This document shows, piece after piece, positions 1 to 9,632 of a DNA stretch of 64,000 nucleotides. The position numbers and the translations under genes were made by a program. The notes under the pieces were generated by a model. The model was given only the letters and a program-made list of their open reading frames with translations, was not told where the DNA came from and ran no database searches. Each line of letters starts with the position of its first letter. Position 1 is the first letter of the stretch. This stretch comes from Candidatus Latescibacterota bacterium (GTDB lineage Bacteria > Latescibacterota > UBA2968 > UBA8231), in assembly GCA_965223905.1 (NCBI GenBank), contig CBDCXV010000011.1, forward strand, positions 1,472,001 through 1,536,000, in the 5' to 3' direction.

Positions 1-1058
1 GAGGCCACCGAATCCGGGTCGCGCTCGGCGAGACGGTCGGGGTTGTAGCTCGTGTTGGGAGAAACGGCATGGGCGATCACCACTGCCCCGGACATATCCC
101 CTTCCAGCCGCCGCAGGCGCCGCAGGAGCTGGATCCGGACCTGCTGCTCCACGAAGCCGACCTGCGTCGAGCGCTCGTCGTCGGAGGTGAAACAGAACTG
201 CAGTAGCTGCTCGCGGATGAACTGCTCCGGAGTCCAGCCGTAGGGGTTCACGTCAGCGGTCTTGCGGGTCCTGACGTTGGAGACGGTGTTCGGCGACGAG
301 TCGGATTGGCGGGGAGCGTAGAGGCGGACCGACCGAAACGGCGCGGGATTTTCGATGCCCAGGGCGCGCCATTTCTCCAACTCCTCCGGCTTGCCGGCGA
401 ACTCGGCGTTGGCCCGGTCCAGATGGAGCAGGTCCTCCCCCTTTGTATTGAAGACCAGCGCCCGGACGCTTTCCCGCCCGGCCCTTCCGCCCAGCAGATC
501 CATGCCCTGCTCGGTCTCCAGCAGTTGGTAGAGCAGAAACAGCGCGTAGGAGGTCTTCGTCGCGACTCCCGAAATTCCCGAGATCGAGACGTGGCCCCCG
601 GAGCGCCCATCCACGAAGCGCATGTCCGCATACACCGGCGCCCCTCCCAGGTCGAGGCCGAGGGGCAGCTTGCCGCGGATCATCTCGTCCTCGAAGAGGG
701 CGACCTCCCGGTGTTTTCCGGCGGCCCGGGTCACCACTCCCCCGGCATGGGGGGCGAGGAACAGTTCCGGACTCACCCGCAGTACCCGCACCTCGGCTCG
801 CCGCACCAGCTCTGCAGGAAGGGTCCGCTCGATAACGCGGCCTGTGTCCGAGGGAAGATCGGCTCCTTCGAAGCGGGAGAGCAGCTCGGTGACGATCCCG
901 TAGTGGATTACCTCCCGCCCGTCAGGCAGCTCGGTGGAAACGGTGACCAGCTCGTCGAGCTGGATTACGGTGTCGGCTTCCAGCACCACGTGGAAGGTCC
1001 GCGAGTCGCTGTCCACCGAGCCATCGATGAGCCCGATGCGTTTTTGCTCACCGCTCAC
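1..1058 (-). CDS. herA: HerA-type ATPase/DNA translocase (runs off the window start)
   Basis: Not in the ORF track; translated by hand from GTG at 1058: MSGEQKRIGLIDGSVDSDSRTFHVVLEAD...GGHVSISGISGVATKTSYALFLL...VFNTKGEDLLHLD. GISGVATKT is the variant Walker A of Thermus/Deinococcus-type HerA. Lies downstream of a NurA-like gene. Confidence 0.85.
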   Translation of the reverse strand, partial: MSGEQKRIGLIDGSVDSDSRTFHVVLEADTVIQLDELVTVSTELPDGREVIHYGIVTELLSRFEGADLPSDTGRVIERTLPAELVRRAEVRVLRVSPELFLAPHAGGVVTRAAGKHREVALFEDEMIRGKLPLGLDLGGAPVYADMRFVDGRSGGHVSISGISGVATKTSYALFLLYQLLETEQGMDLLGGRAGRESVRALVFNTKGEDLLHLDRANAEFAGKPEELEKWRALGIENPAPFRSVRLYAPRQSDSSPNTVSNVRTRKTADVNPYGWTPEQFIREQLLQFCFTSDDERSTQVGFVEQQVRIQLLRRLRRLEGDMSGAVVIAHAVSPNTSYNPDRLAERDPDSVA

Positions 1059-1137
1059 TTTTCCTGGCCTCCCATCATTTTCCTGTCGATTTGCTCCCTG
1101 CTTTATTGTTTCCCAAAGTCACTAAACAATTTCCCCT

Positions 1138-1656
1138 CTATGGGTCGGACATAATTTTAAAGAACTGATCAGCTCGATCAACTACCAGCCGAATGTCTTC
1201 AGTTCGATAAACCTCAGTGTAAAGCCGTTCACAGCCCACCGTTACACATTCAATAGCAGTCTTTTCCCAAAGATGTCTGCATGGCCATTATTTGACTAGC
1301 TTTAGAAAAGGTGTCGTCGTCTTGTGAGATCGCATCCTTTCGTTTACATCGGAAGCGAAACCTACCTTAAATCGGCCAGGATCCAATTCAGGCTCAAGCA
1401 AAATTAAATAGAACATCCCAGGGGATAGATCACTTTGGTCCTCATTTCTGACTTCGCCCTCCTCGACCAATAAAGTTTCCTCTAAGAGGTTATAATCATC
1501 TCTGGAAATGTGAGACAGCTTCTGTCCTCCAGCCTTCTCTGTTTTCTTCAAAACAGTGGAAAATCCCATACGCTTAACAATTTTGTGGATAGTCTGTCTA
1601 CTACGACCGTGCTGTTTTGCTATTTCAGCAATAGATACCAAGTTCTGGTACATCAC
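1138..1656 (-). pseudogene. AT-rich HTH + GIY-YIG/T5orf172-like protein interrupted by an in-frame TAA
   Basis: N-terminal HTH-like SIAEIAKQHGRSRQTIHKIVKR, then FYLILLEP..GRFKVGFASDVNERMRSH. After TAA (1288-1290) the same frame continues WPCRHLWEKTAIECVTVGCERLYTEVYRTEDIRLVVDRADQFFKIMSDP to TAG at 1138-1140. Confidence 0.65.
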
Positions 1657-2699
1657 AATCCTAATCCTTCCTTGTTGAGCTCCATCACCGCCGCACGCAC
1701 TGCGCGCAGGGCCAGGCGCGGGTCTCCCTGCAAATGGTGCAAATGGCGCTCCAGCCCGGCAATCGGGACCATGTTGACCGGCGCGCGTTCATCTCTATGG
1801 GGAGCGGAAGCGAACGCAGGAAGCCAGCCCGCGGCGGCATCCGCCGCCTCCACCGCCAATGCTTGGCCGACTCCGGCCGGCACCTCGATCCGCACGATCC
1901 CAGCCCACGGACTGGCCCACGGTCCCGGCATGCCCACCCGCAGGTAGCAGCCGTAGAGGTCGTCCCGCATGGAGAACAGACCGGAGCGTTCCCCGGAGGA
2001 CAACCCCGGCACCTGGCCCCAAGCCTCGGGTTCCAGCATCGAGCGGTGATGGGTCTTCACGTAGCCGATGACAGGGAGCGTGCGGGTGCGCCGGATGTGG
2101 TGCAGCGGTCCGTCGATCACTGTAAGCCAGTCCCGAACGGAGAGCCCCTCGGCAATGGCGGCTTCGGTATCGCGCATCCGCCGGCGCAGGCGCTCGCGGG
2201 CGGCCTCAAGTTCGTTGCTGGTGATCGAGTCTGCCTCCCAGCGCCACCCCCCTGGTTGTGGCGGCAGCTCGACCCGGTGCCCGTCGGTGAAGATCGCCGC
2301 CCGACCCACGGTAACCTGATCGAAGCGCAGCGGCCTCTCCCCCTCGACCAGCACCGCACCGGCTCCCCAGCTTCCCGCCAAGCCCGTCACCGTTCCCCGG
2401 TCATCAGTACGTGTCAGGCGCGCCTCGACGCGCATGGTTCCGTCCACGAATGCCAATCGCCGCGGCCGTTGCGTCTCCGCGGGCCGATGGCCGCGAAACA
2501 CCCCATCATCCTCCACCAGCTTGCATGCCTGGGCGTCGGCAGAATCGATGCCGACCTGAAAGCCGCCTCCGAAACCGGTATCGAACGGCTCCACGCCGAT
2601 GGTACTATTCAAGCCCGGTCCTTTGCCAGCGCCACCCAGAATGCGAGCGGCGTAGCCGGGCTCGATACTTAAGTACACGTCCGATTTCAACAGATACAC
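1653..2699 (-). CDS. nurA: NurA-like nuclease (start uncertain)
   Basis: Motifs LAFVDGTMRVEARL, LTVIDGPL, IGYVKTH and DERAPVNMVPIAGLERHLHH resemble Thermus/Deinococcus NurA; co-oriented upstream of herA. Confidence 0.75.
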   Translation of the reverse strand: MYLLKSDVYLSIEPGYAARILGGAGKGPGLNSTIGVEPFDTGFGGGFQVGIDSADAQACKLVEDDGVFRGHRPAETQRPRRLAFVDGTMRVEARLTRTDDRGTVTGLAGSWGAGAVLVEGERPLRFDQVTVGRAAIFTDGHRVELPPQPGGWRWEADSITSNELEAARERLRRRMRDTEAAIAEGLSVRDWLTVIDGPLHHIRRTRTLPVIGYVKTHHRSMLEPEAWGQVPGLSSGERSGLFSMRDDLYGCYLRVGMPGPWASPWAGIVRIEVPAGVGQALAVEAADAAAGWLPAFASAPHRDERAPVNMVPIAGLERHLHHLQGDPRLALRAVRAAVMELNKEGLGL

Positions 2700-2791
2700 T
2701 CAATGGCCGCTCCCATCCGTTGCCATACGCCCGCCCGAACCCTCAAGGTGCTCAGGCTGCATACCGGTAAGCATTTCCCGGATCCTATCCC

Positions 2792-3964
2792 TCAGGCCGC
2801 GGTCTGAAAAGGCTTCCAGGCTTCGCCCGCGGCCGCGGCCTGGCGCTCCAGCTCGCTGCGCCAGCCCACCACCTCACCGGACTTGATGCGATTGATGTCG
2901 AAGCCGGCGTAGCGGTCCTCGAGCGTGTCCCCCAGCTTCTGCGTTTCCGCCCAGCGGTCCCAGGCCGTCTTCATCCACTCGTGGGGCAGGGCCTCGCGCA
3001 CCGCGGGGTCGAGCTGCCAGGCCTGGCGCGCGTCCGCCACCGACGGCTCCCCGGTGAACGGGCCCTTCCACTTCGACCAGCCGACCGACAGGGTGTTGCG
3101 CTCGCGGTCGGGGACGGTGTGCCCGGTGTGGATCGTCGCCCCGTTGCGGATCAGGGCTTCGCCGGCCTTGAGCCGGATCGCCACCTGGCCAGGCAGGGGG
3201 TCGGTGCCGTTCCAACTGGGGGTGTACGGCACCCCCTTGTCCTTCATCCCCTGTGGCAGCAGGACATCGTGCTCGAGCGGGGTCCGCCACCGGTGGTGGC
3301 TCCCCGGAATCAGCTCGTGGCACTCGTCGTCGACCAGCGCCAGGAACATGCTGACGCCGTCCCGCTCTTCGACGAGCCTGGCGTTGTTGGCGCGGATCTC
3401 TTCCCAGCGGATCCTCTCGACTTCCTCGGAGTATGCCTCGGAGCCCTCCTGCTCGTTCCTCTGTGCGACGTAGGCCTTGCCGGTGCCCCACCAGGTCACG
3501 TCCCGATGCCAGCTCGGGCCGTTCTCGTGGCGCCGGGGATTGCACCACAGCAGCATACTCGTCATCACCATTTCCTCGGGCCCGAGGCCGTTGCACCAGG
3601 ACTCGACGAAACCGAGGAAATCGGGCGAGCCGTGGAACTCGGCAAAGCCCGGCTCCCCGAAGGCGGGGTGGGTGAGGCCCCGGATCGCCCACGGCTCCTC
3701 CTCCCGGGCGCGGTGCACGTACCCCTCCGAGCTGTCGATCCTGCTGTAGCCGTTCTCCGGCGCACAAGCCTCGGTGACGCGGCGGCCGGCTTCGCGGAGG
3801 ATGGGAATCCAGGGGTTGCCGACGAAGTCGTCGATGATGACGAAACCGTGCTCCTGCAGGTGGGCGAGCCTCTCCGGCGTGCCCCCGGGGGCGGCGAGGT
3901 CCGGCTTTGAGTCGGCAAAGGCGGTGGCCCGGTAAGACGGCGGCGACTGCGGCTGATCGTTCAT
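2792..3964 (-). CDS. Phytanoyl-CoA dioxygenase (PhyH) family Fe(II)/2OG oxygenase
   Basis: EHGFVIIDDF, WHRD, LIPGSH, AGEALI, TIHTG. Confidence 0.8.
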   Translation of the reverse strand: MNDQPQSPPSYRATAFADSKPDLAAPGGTPERLAHLQEHGFVIIDDFVGNPWIPILREAGRRVTEACAPENGYSRIDSSEGYVHRAREEEPWAIRGLTHPAFGEPGFAEFHGSPDFLGFVESWCNGLGPEEMVMTSMLLWCNPRRHENGPSWHRDVTWWGTGKAYVAQRNEQEGSEAYSEEVERIRWEEIRANNARLVEERDGVSMFLALVDDECHELIPGSHHRWRTPLEHDVLLPQGMKDKGVPYTPSWNGTDPLPGQVAIRLKAGEALIRNGATIHTGHTVPDRERNTLSVGWSKWKGPFTGEPSVADARQAWQLDPAVREALPHEWMKTAWDRWAETQKLGDTLEDRYAGFDINRIKSGEVVGWRSELERQAAAAGEAWKPFQTAA

Positions 3965-4123
3965 TTTCGCTCTTCCTTGCTGAGAGATGACGGGAAAGAG
4001 TTCTACGTGCAGGCTACCTTGTCGGGCCTTGCAGCGGTGAAGCTCGTCTTGCCGGCGGGGCCGGGCAATCGGCCGGGTTCGAGGTGCCGGGGCCGGGCAA
4101 CCAATGGGGGATTCGGCGAGCCT

Positions 4124-4285
4124 TCACTCACCTGCAGGGCCGTGTCCCGCGAATCCCCAGCGGCGCAGGAACTCCAGCCAGCGCCGGCGCCGCGGGCTGC
4201 CGCCGGGATCGGTCAGCCATTCGCGGTGGGGGCGCAGCAGCGGGAAGGTGTCGAACCGGGCCAGCTGGCTCGCGGTGAGGGTCAC
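4124..4285 (-). pseudogene. Internally deleted PhyH-like gene (53-aa mini ORF)
   Basis: GTG overlaps the upstream TGA. Reads VTLTASQLARFDTF|PLLRPHREWLTDPGGSPRRRRWLEFLRRWGFAGHGPAGE*: a PhyH-like N-terminus joined directly to a C-terminal tail. Confidence 0.5.
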
Positions 4286-5289
4286 GGGCCCACCTCCGTC
4301 CAACGCCGGAAGCTCTCCTCGTCGACGTTGCGCCCGCTGACGACGACCACCACGTCCCCCTCTCCGTCGAGATCGACGGCCCCGCCCAGGGCCGCGGCCA
4401 CGGCGATCGCCCCGGAGGGCTCGGTGCGCAGCCCGTGCCCGGCGTAGAGCCAGCGCATGGCGGCGCAGGTGGCGGCATCCGCCACGGTCACGGCCGCGGG
4501 CACGTGCCGGCGCAGGATCGGCCAGTTGTGCTCGCCGACGTCGTACGACAGCAGGCCGTCGCAGATGCTCTGCGGCTTTTCTATCCGCACCCGCTTTCCC
4601 CTGGCCAGCGACCGGCAGTAGTCGTCGGCCCCCTCCGGTTCGACGCCGACGATGGCGGCCCCGGGAAAGCCGCCGGCGATGGCGAGGGCATGTCCCGCCA
4701 TCAGTCCGCCGCCGCTGACCGGACAGAGGAAATGCGAGATTTCGCGGTCCTGCCGGCGCAGCTCCTCGACGATCTCGAGACCTCCCACCCCGTTGCCGGC
4801 AATGACGTGGTTGTCGTCGTAGGGGGAGGCCTGGACCGCTCCGCTTGCGGCGATCTCCGCGGTCAGGCGGTCCCGCTCGCCGGTCAGGTGGTCGCTGGCC
4901 AGGTCGTAGGTGCGGATCTCGGCTCCCAGCGAGCGCGTCAGCTCGAACTTCACCTTGGGAGCGCTCTCCGGCATGACGATGACGACCGGCTTGCCGTAGC
5001 GCATGCCCGCAAAGGCGATGCCGGAGGCGAAGTTGCCCGACGAGTGCGCCACCACCGGACGGCTGCCGATGGCGGCGAGGTTGTTCTCCATCCAGTTCAG
5101 CGCCCCGAGCAGCTTGAACGAGCCGACCGGGGTCCAGCCGTAGTCCTTGAGCCAGGCGCGGCGGCCGTCCGCCAGCCCGAGCTTTTTCTCCAGTGGGTAC
5201 GAGCGCACCAGCGGCGCCGGGGAGAGGTGCCGGCGGACCACACCGGCGGCGCGGCGCACGTCCTCAAGGGTCGCCGTTTGAATTGACAT
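4282..5289 (-). CDS. PLP-dependent threonine/serine dehydratase (PALP family)
   Basis: GSFK (PLP lysine), HSSGNFA, PVSGGGL, GVEPEG, TEPSGA, VVSGRN; ATG at 5289 (MSIQTATLEDV). Confidence 0.85.
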   Translation of the reverse strand: MSIQTATLEDVRRAAGVVRRHLSPAPLVRSYPLEKKLGLADGRRAWLKDYGWTPVGSFKLLGALNWMENNLAAIGSRPVVAHSSGNFASGIAFAGMRYGKPVVIVMPESAPKVKFELTRSLGAEIRTYDLASDHLTGERDRLTAEIAASGAVQASPYDDNHVIAGNGVGGLEIVEELRRQDREISHFLCPVSGGGLMAGHALAIAGGFPGAAIVGVEPEGADDYCRSLARGKRVRIEKPQSICDGLLSYDVGEHNWPILRRHVPAAVTVADAATCAAMRWLYAGHGLRTEPSGAIAVAAALGGAVDLDGEGDVVVVVSGRNVDEESFRRWTEVGP

Positions 5290-5392
5290 CCGGGTCACAG
5301 CTTCTAAACTCAGCGGGCCGAATCCGCCTGTAAAGAAAGAGAGGCCGCCTTCCCGCGGCTCTTCATCGGACTTACGCAAGGAACCAAGCGCC

Positions 5393-6568
5393 TTGAGAAT
5401 CCGCAGAATCACTCCCTGGTTGATCCGCGGCCCGCAGCCCTTCATGGCCGCCGCGGGGGAACCGCCCGGGGCCGAGCGTCCCTACCTCTTCGTCCAGGTA
5501 GAAACCGACGAAGGGGTGACCGGATGGGGCGAGGTCACCAACTCCACCCCGGCCCACAACGCCGCGGTCGCCGCCCTGCTGGCGCAGGCCAACGAGCTCG
5601 TGGCCGGCGACGACGCCGGTCACATCGAAGCGATCTGGCACAAGATCTTCCGCACCTACACCTACATGGGGTCTCGCGGCGCCGTGACCAGCGTCATCAG
5701 CGGCATCGACATCGCGCTCTGGGATATCCGCGGCAAGGTCGCAGGCCTCCCGGTGTACGACCTCCTCGGCGGCCCGGTGCGGGACCGCATCTCCCTCTAC
5801 GCCCACCCCAACGGCGGCACGTCGATCGAAGAGGTCGCGCGCGCCGCAAGGGCGATCGCCGACTTCGGGCACACGGCACTCAAGACCGACCCATTCCCGC
5901 TTACGAAAGAGGAGCGGACCTATTTCGGATATCTCAGCGGCGAGGTGGATGCGGCGACGGAGAACGCCGGCATCGAAAAGGTCGCGGCGATCCGGGAGGC
6001 GGTCGGCCCGGACATCGAGATCCTGATCGACGCCCACGGCCGCTTCGACGTGCCGACCGCGGTGCGCCTGGCGACGCGCCTGGCGGAGTACGACATCGGC
6101 TGGTTCGAGGAGCCGGTCCCCCCCGAGAGCTATGCGGCGCTCAAGCAGGTCAGGTCGGAGGTCCCGGTGCCGATCTGCGTCGGCGAGCGGCTGTTCACCC
6201 GCTTCGACTTCCTGCCGGTGCTGCAGGAGGGCTTGGCCGACTACCTGATGCCGGACGTGACTTGGACCGGGGGGATCACCGAGCTGCGGAAGATTTCCAG
6301 CCTCGCCGAGACCTTCTACATCCCGGTGTCGCCGCACGACGCCTCCGGGCCGGTGAACGTCCTGGCCGGGGCGCACGTGATGATGACGGTGCCCAACTTC
6401 TACAGGCTCGAGACCATGCGCGCCGACCTCGGGGCCTACGGCGCCTTCATCGACCACCCTCTCGACGTGCGCGACGGCTGTCTGCACCTGTCGGAGCGGC
6501 CCGGCCTCGGCATCGAACTCGACGTCGATTTCCTGCGCGCCCACGCCCTCCCGGTCGCCGGGGTCTGA
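5393..6568 (+). CDS. Mandelate racemase/muconate lactonizing enzyme family (galactonate dehydratase-like)
   Basis: SGIDIALWDIRGK, LLGGPVRD, ILIDAHG, WFEEP, VGER, GGITELRKI, SPHD, RPGLGIELD. Confidence 0.9.
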   Translation: MRIRRITPWLIRGPQPFMAAAGEPPGAERPYLFVQVETDEGVTGWGEVTNSTPAHNAAVAALLAQANELVAGDDAGHIEAIWHKIFRTYTYMGSRGAVTSVISGIDIALWDIRGKVAGLPVYDLLGGPVRDRISLYAHPNGGTSIEEVARAARAIADFGHTALKTDPFPLTKEERTYFGYLSGEVDAATENAGIEKVAAIREAVGPDIEILIDAHGRFDVPTAVRLATRLAEYDIGWFEEPVPPESYAALKQVRSEVPVPICVGERLFTRFDFLPVLQEGLADYLMPDVTWTGGITELRKISSLAETFYIPVSPHDASGPVNVLAGAHVMMTVPNFYRLETMRADLGAYGAFIDHPLDVRDGCLHLSERPGLGIELDVDFLRAHALPVAGV

Positions 6569-6569
6569 C

Positions 6570-7712
6570 CTACCTGTTCCCCGCCTCGCGGGCGAGCACC
6601 TTCACCGCCTCGACCAAAGCCTCGATCTCCTCCTCGCTGGTGTAGAAGGCGATGGAGATGCGGACCCCGGTCGGCTCGGTCATGCAGGTGGCTCGCTGCA
6701 CGATCTGCCAGCGGGTCCTCAGCGCCTTGTCGAGGTCGCCGCCGTCCATGCCTTCGATGGCGAAGGTGACGATGCCGGTCTGGGAGTCGGGTCGACGCGA
6801 GCTGACCACGACGGCGCCCGGCACCTCGTCGAGGCCCGCCTTGAGCAGGTCGGTCTTGCGCACGCACTCCCGCCGCACCGCCTCGACGCCGCCGATGCTC
6901 TCGATGAAATCGATGGCGGCTCCCACCCCGGCGTAGAGGGCGTGGGCGGGGTTGCCCAACCTGTACTGGCCGGCGCCGCCCCCGGGACTGTGGGGATGCA
7001 CGAGGGGCTTGAGCTTCTGCTGCGCCTCCCTGCTCACGTACAGAAAACCGGTCCCCATCGGACCGAGCAGCCACTTGTAGCAGTTGGAGGCGTAGAAGTC
7101 GCAGCCCATTCCGTCGAGATGCACGGGGATCTGCGCGGTCGAGTGGCATCCGTCCCACAGCGTCAGGATCTCCCGCTCGCGCGCCAGTTTGCAGATCTCT
7201 GCGGCCGGCACCGCCAGGCCGGTGTCGGTGGTGACGTGGCTCATGCAGATCATCCGGGTGCGCGGCGTCAGGGCCTCCTCGGTGCGCGCCAGCATCACCG
7301 CGGGATCGTGGTCGATCTCGACGACCTTGAGAACCACCCCCTCCCGCTGCTGGAGACCGAGCACGGCCCGGTGCGGAACCGGGTGCTCTTCGCTGGATAT
7401 CACCACCTCGTCCCCCGGCTCCCAGGACAACCCGGCGATCGCCGCGGCGTACCCGTCCGCGGTGCTGATGGTGAGGGCGATCTCCTCGGTCTCCGCCCCG
7501 AGGAAGGCCGCCAGCTTCCCCCGCGCCACCTCGGCCGACTGGCACATCAGGGAATGCCACTCGATCGGCGGCACGTGCTCTTCGTAGAGCCTGTTGAAAC
7601 CGGTTTCGATCGCATCCCGCACCTCGTTGGAGGGCAGACCGACCCCGCCGGTGTTCAGCTGAATGCCGCTCTGCAGGCCGGGATAGTGGGTGCGGATCTC
7701 TTCGAGGTTCAC
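6570..7712 (-). CDS. Aminotransferase class V (cysteine desulfurase/isopenicillin N epimerase-like)
   Basis: GTG at 7712 (VNLEEIRTHYP); LNTGG, EEHP, MSHV, DGCHS, NCYKWLLGPMGTG, VRIS. Confidence 0.85.
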   Translation of the reverse strand: MNLEEIRTHYPGLQSGIQLNTGGVGLPSNEVRDAIETGFNRLYEEHVPPIEWHSLMCQSAEVARGKLAAFLGAETEEIALTISTADGYAAAIAGLSWEPGDEVVISSEEHPVPHRAVLGLQQREGVVLKVVEIDHDPAVMLARTEEALTPRTRMICMSHVTTDTGLAVPAAEICKLAREREILTLWDGCHSTAQIPVHLDGMGCDFYASNCYKWLLGPMGTGFLYVSREAQQKLKPLVHPHSPGGGAGQYRLGNPAHALYAGVGAAIDFIESIGGVEAVRRECVRKTDLLKAGLDEVPGAVVVSSRRPDSQTGIVTFAIEGMDGGDLDKALRTRWQIVQRATCMTEPTGVRISIAFYTSEEEIEALVEAVKVLAREAGNR

Positions 7713-7740
7713 GGGCAGCGTCCTCCTTTTCGATTCACTG

Positions 7741-8554
7741 TCATTCTCCCATTTCGTCGAGCAGCCGCTGCACCACCTTCTTGCGGTGCAGGAACGAGGC
7801 CGGCTTCTTGAGCTCGTACAGGTCGGGTGAAATGCGGTCGCGGTACTCCTCCATGGGACCGCCCCCTGGCGACCAGGATGCGTACGAAGTCGTGTAGCGC
7901 ACAAAGGCGGTGGTGCGCGGGCTCTCCTCCGTCCACCTGCGGGCGCCGTGGCAGAGCGCTTCCGTGAACAGCACCGCGTCCCCGGCCCGCACCGCCGGGT
8001 TGGCGACCAGGGGCGGCCCGTCGTAGATGGTGACGCGGTCCGGCTTGGGAAAGTGGGCCTTGTGGCTTCCCGGGATGCAGACGAAGCCGGTGCCGGCCGG
8101 CACGTCGACCAGGGAGACGCCGGCGTTGAGGAAGGTGGCGAATATCCTGCCGTCGGCCGCCTGGTAGTCGTTGGCCGGGTGGTGGATGCCGCCGCTGACG
8201 CCGCCGTGGAAGGGCAGGTCGTCCGTCTCCCTGGTGTTCCGCGCCAGGCCGGTGCCGGCGTGCTGCGGGCAGTTGTCGGTCAGGACCAGCACCACCTGCA
8301 TGATCTCCCGGTTGAGCACCAGCCGCTCGAACACCTCGTCGGCGTACTCGGCCTGGAAGATGGAACGGGGGCTGGTCGGTTTCGTGCTGGCGTCGCGGTA
8401 GGTCGACAGGGGCGGGGGCAGCTCGCCCTCCTCCAGGGCGTGCCACTCGTCGGCGAGCCGCAGCATCCCGGCGACGTCCTCCGGGGATACCGCGTTCCGC
8501 AGCACCAGGTAACCCCTGGATGTCGAAATGCCATTTTTCCTCTTCGGTCAGCAC
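7741..8554 (-). CDS. PhyH-family oxygenase with one extra base near the 5' end (frameshift or sequencing error)
   Basis: GTG 8554 gives VLTEEEKWHFDIQG. Removing one G from the G4 run at 8513-8516 restores QGYLVLRNAVSPEDV..., joining the 7741..8505 ORF (IPGSHK, AGDAVLFTEALCHG). Confidence 0.8.
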
Positions 8555-8729
8555 GGGTCCTCTTTCTTCGGGGGCTGTCCTGGTCGGAAAGGAACCGCGA
8601 TAAGGGCGGGACCGCCCGGGGCGCTCGCGTACCGGCGGACAGGACGCGCGTAATCTGGCCAGACAGGGCCTGCGGCGCCACCGGGGGGGCCCGGGTTCCC
8701 CGCCGCGCCTGCGACATTTTGACCATGAT

Positions 8730-9632
8730 TTGCAGGGCCAGTACCTTGCGGAGAAACAGCAAACTGCCCCTCTTGCAGACCGCTTCGACATAAGCTTGAA
8801 CACGAACTTCGATTCCTACATCGAGGCCTGGCGGGAGCGCCTGAGCCGCGAGACCGCCGAACTGGACGAGTCGCTTGCTCAGGCCCGCGCCAATGCGAGC
8901 GCCTGTGCCGCGCTGCTGGTGGAGAAGTTCGGTGCCTCCGAGGTGTATCTCATCGGCTCCGTCAGCGGCGCGGGGCGCTTCCACGAGAGATCCGACATCG
9001 ACCTCTGCGTCCGGGGCCTCGACTCGCATCGCTATCTCCAGGCCCTGTCCGAAGCGGCTGAAATCGCCGGGCGGGACGTCGACCTCATACTCATCGAGGA
9101 GGCCCCCCCGGAGCTGGTCCGCGGCACGCAACGGGAAGGAGTTCTACTCCCCCGGAAGTTCCTGCTTCTCAAGGCTGACATCGACCGGGAAATTGCGCAG
9201 ATCGAGCGCCTGCTCGCCGAATCCCGAAGCGACCTGGGCGGCGTGGGAGGAATCCCGAGCCGCCTGGAGGTGCGCGGGGTTGCGAGCGTACTTCACGATT
9301 TCTATTCGGGGATCGAGCGCGTATTCGAGCGCATCGCGGTCGAGCTGGACGAGGAGCTGCCTCGAGGGGGGGACTGGCACAGCCAGCTCCTGAACCGGAT
9401 GGAGGAAGATGTCGAGGGTGTCCGCCCCCGGGTCCTGACCTCCGGCATGGCCGAACGGCTGCGGCCCTTTCTGCGTTTCCGCCAGCTGTTCCGGAACATC
9501 TACGGCGGACAGCTGCGCTGGGAGCGCAGCACCGAGCTGCTTCAAGAGGCGGATGAAGTGTGGCCGCTATTCAAGCAGCAGACAGAGGAGTTCAAGGGCG
9601 TGCTGGCGCAGCTTCACGACGGCTGCCAGTGA
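8730..9632 (+). CDS. Fused minimal nucleotidyltransferase (MNT) + HEPN/HepT-like protein
   Basis: N-half VYLIGSVSGAGRFHERSDIDLCV (GS..DxD) and VDLI; C-half LHDFYSGIERVFERIA...DWHSQLL...RFRQLFRNIYG; no stop between the halves. Confidence 0.8.
   Translation: MQGQYLAEKQQTAPLADRFDISLNTNFDSYIEAWRERLSRETAELDESLAQARANASACAALLVEKFGASEVYLIGSVSGAGRFHERSDIDLCVRGLDSHRYLQALSEAAEIAGRDVDLILIEEAPPELVRGTQREGVLLPRKFLLLKADIDREIAQIERLLAESRSDLGGVGGIPSRLEVRGVASVLHDFYSGIERVFERIAVELDEELPRGGDWHSQLLNRMEEDVEGVRPRVLTSGMAERLRPFLRFRQLFRNIYGGQLRWERSTELLQEADEVWPLFKQQTEEFKGVLAQLHDGCQ

Noticed and set aside
306-1154. 282-aa plus-strand ORF as a gene
   Set aside because: It is the antisense shadow of herA; the minus frame carries the HerA motifs.
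8505-8520. Programmed frameshift or phase variation in PhyH
   Set aside because: Only a G4 run, with no slippery heptamer or evident stimulator; a sequencing error or simple mutation is more likely.
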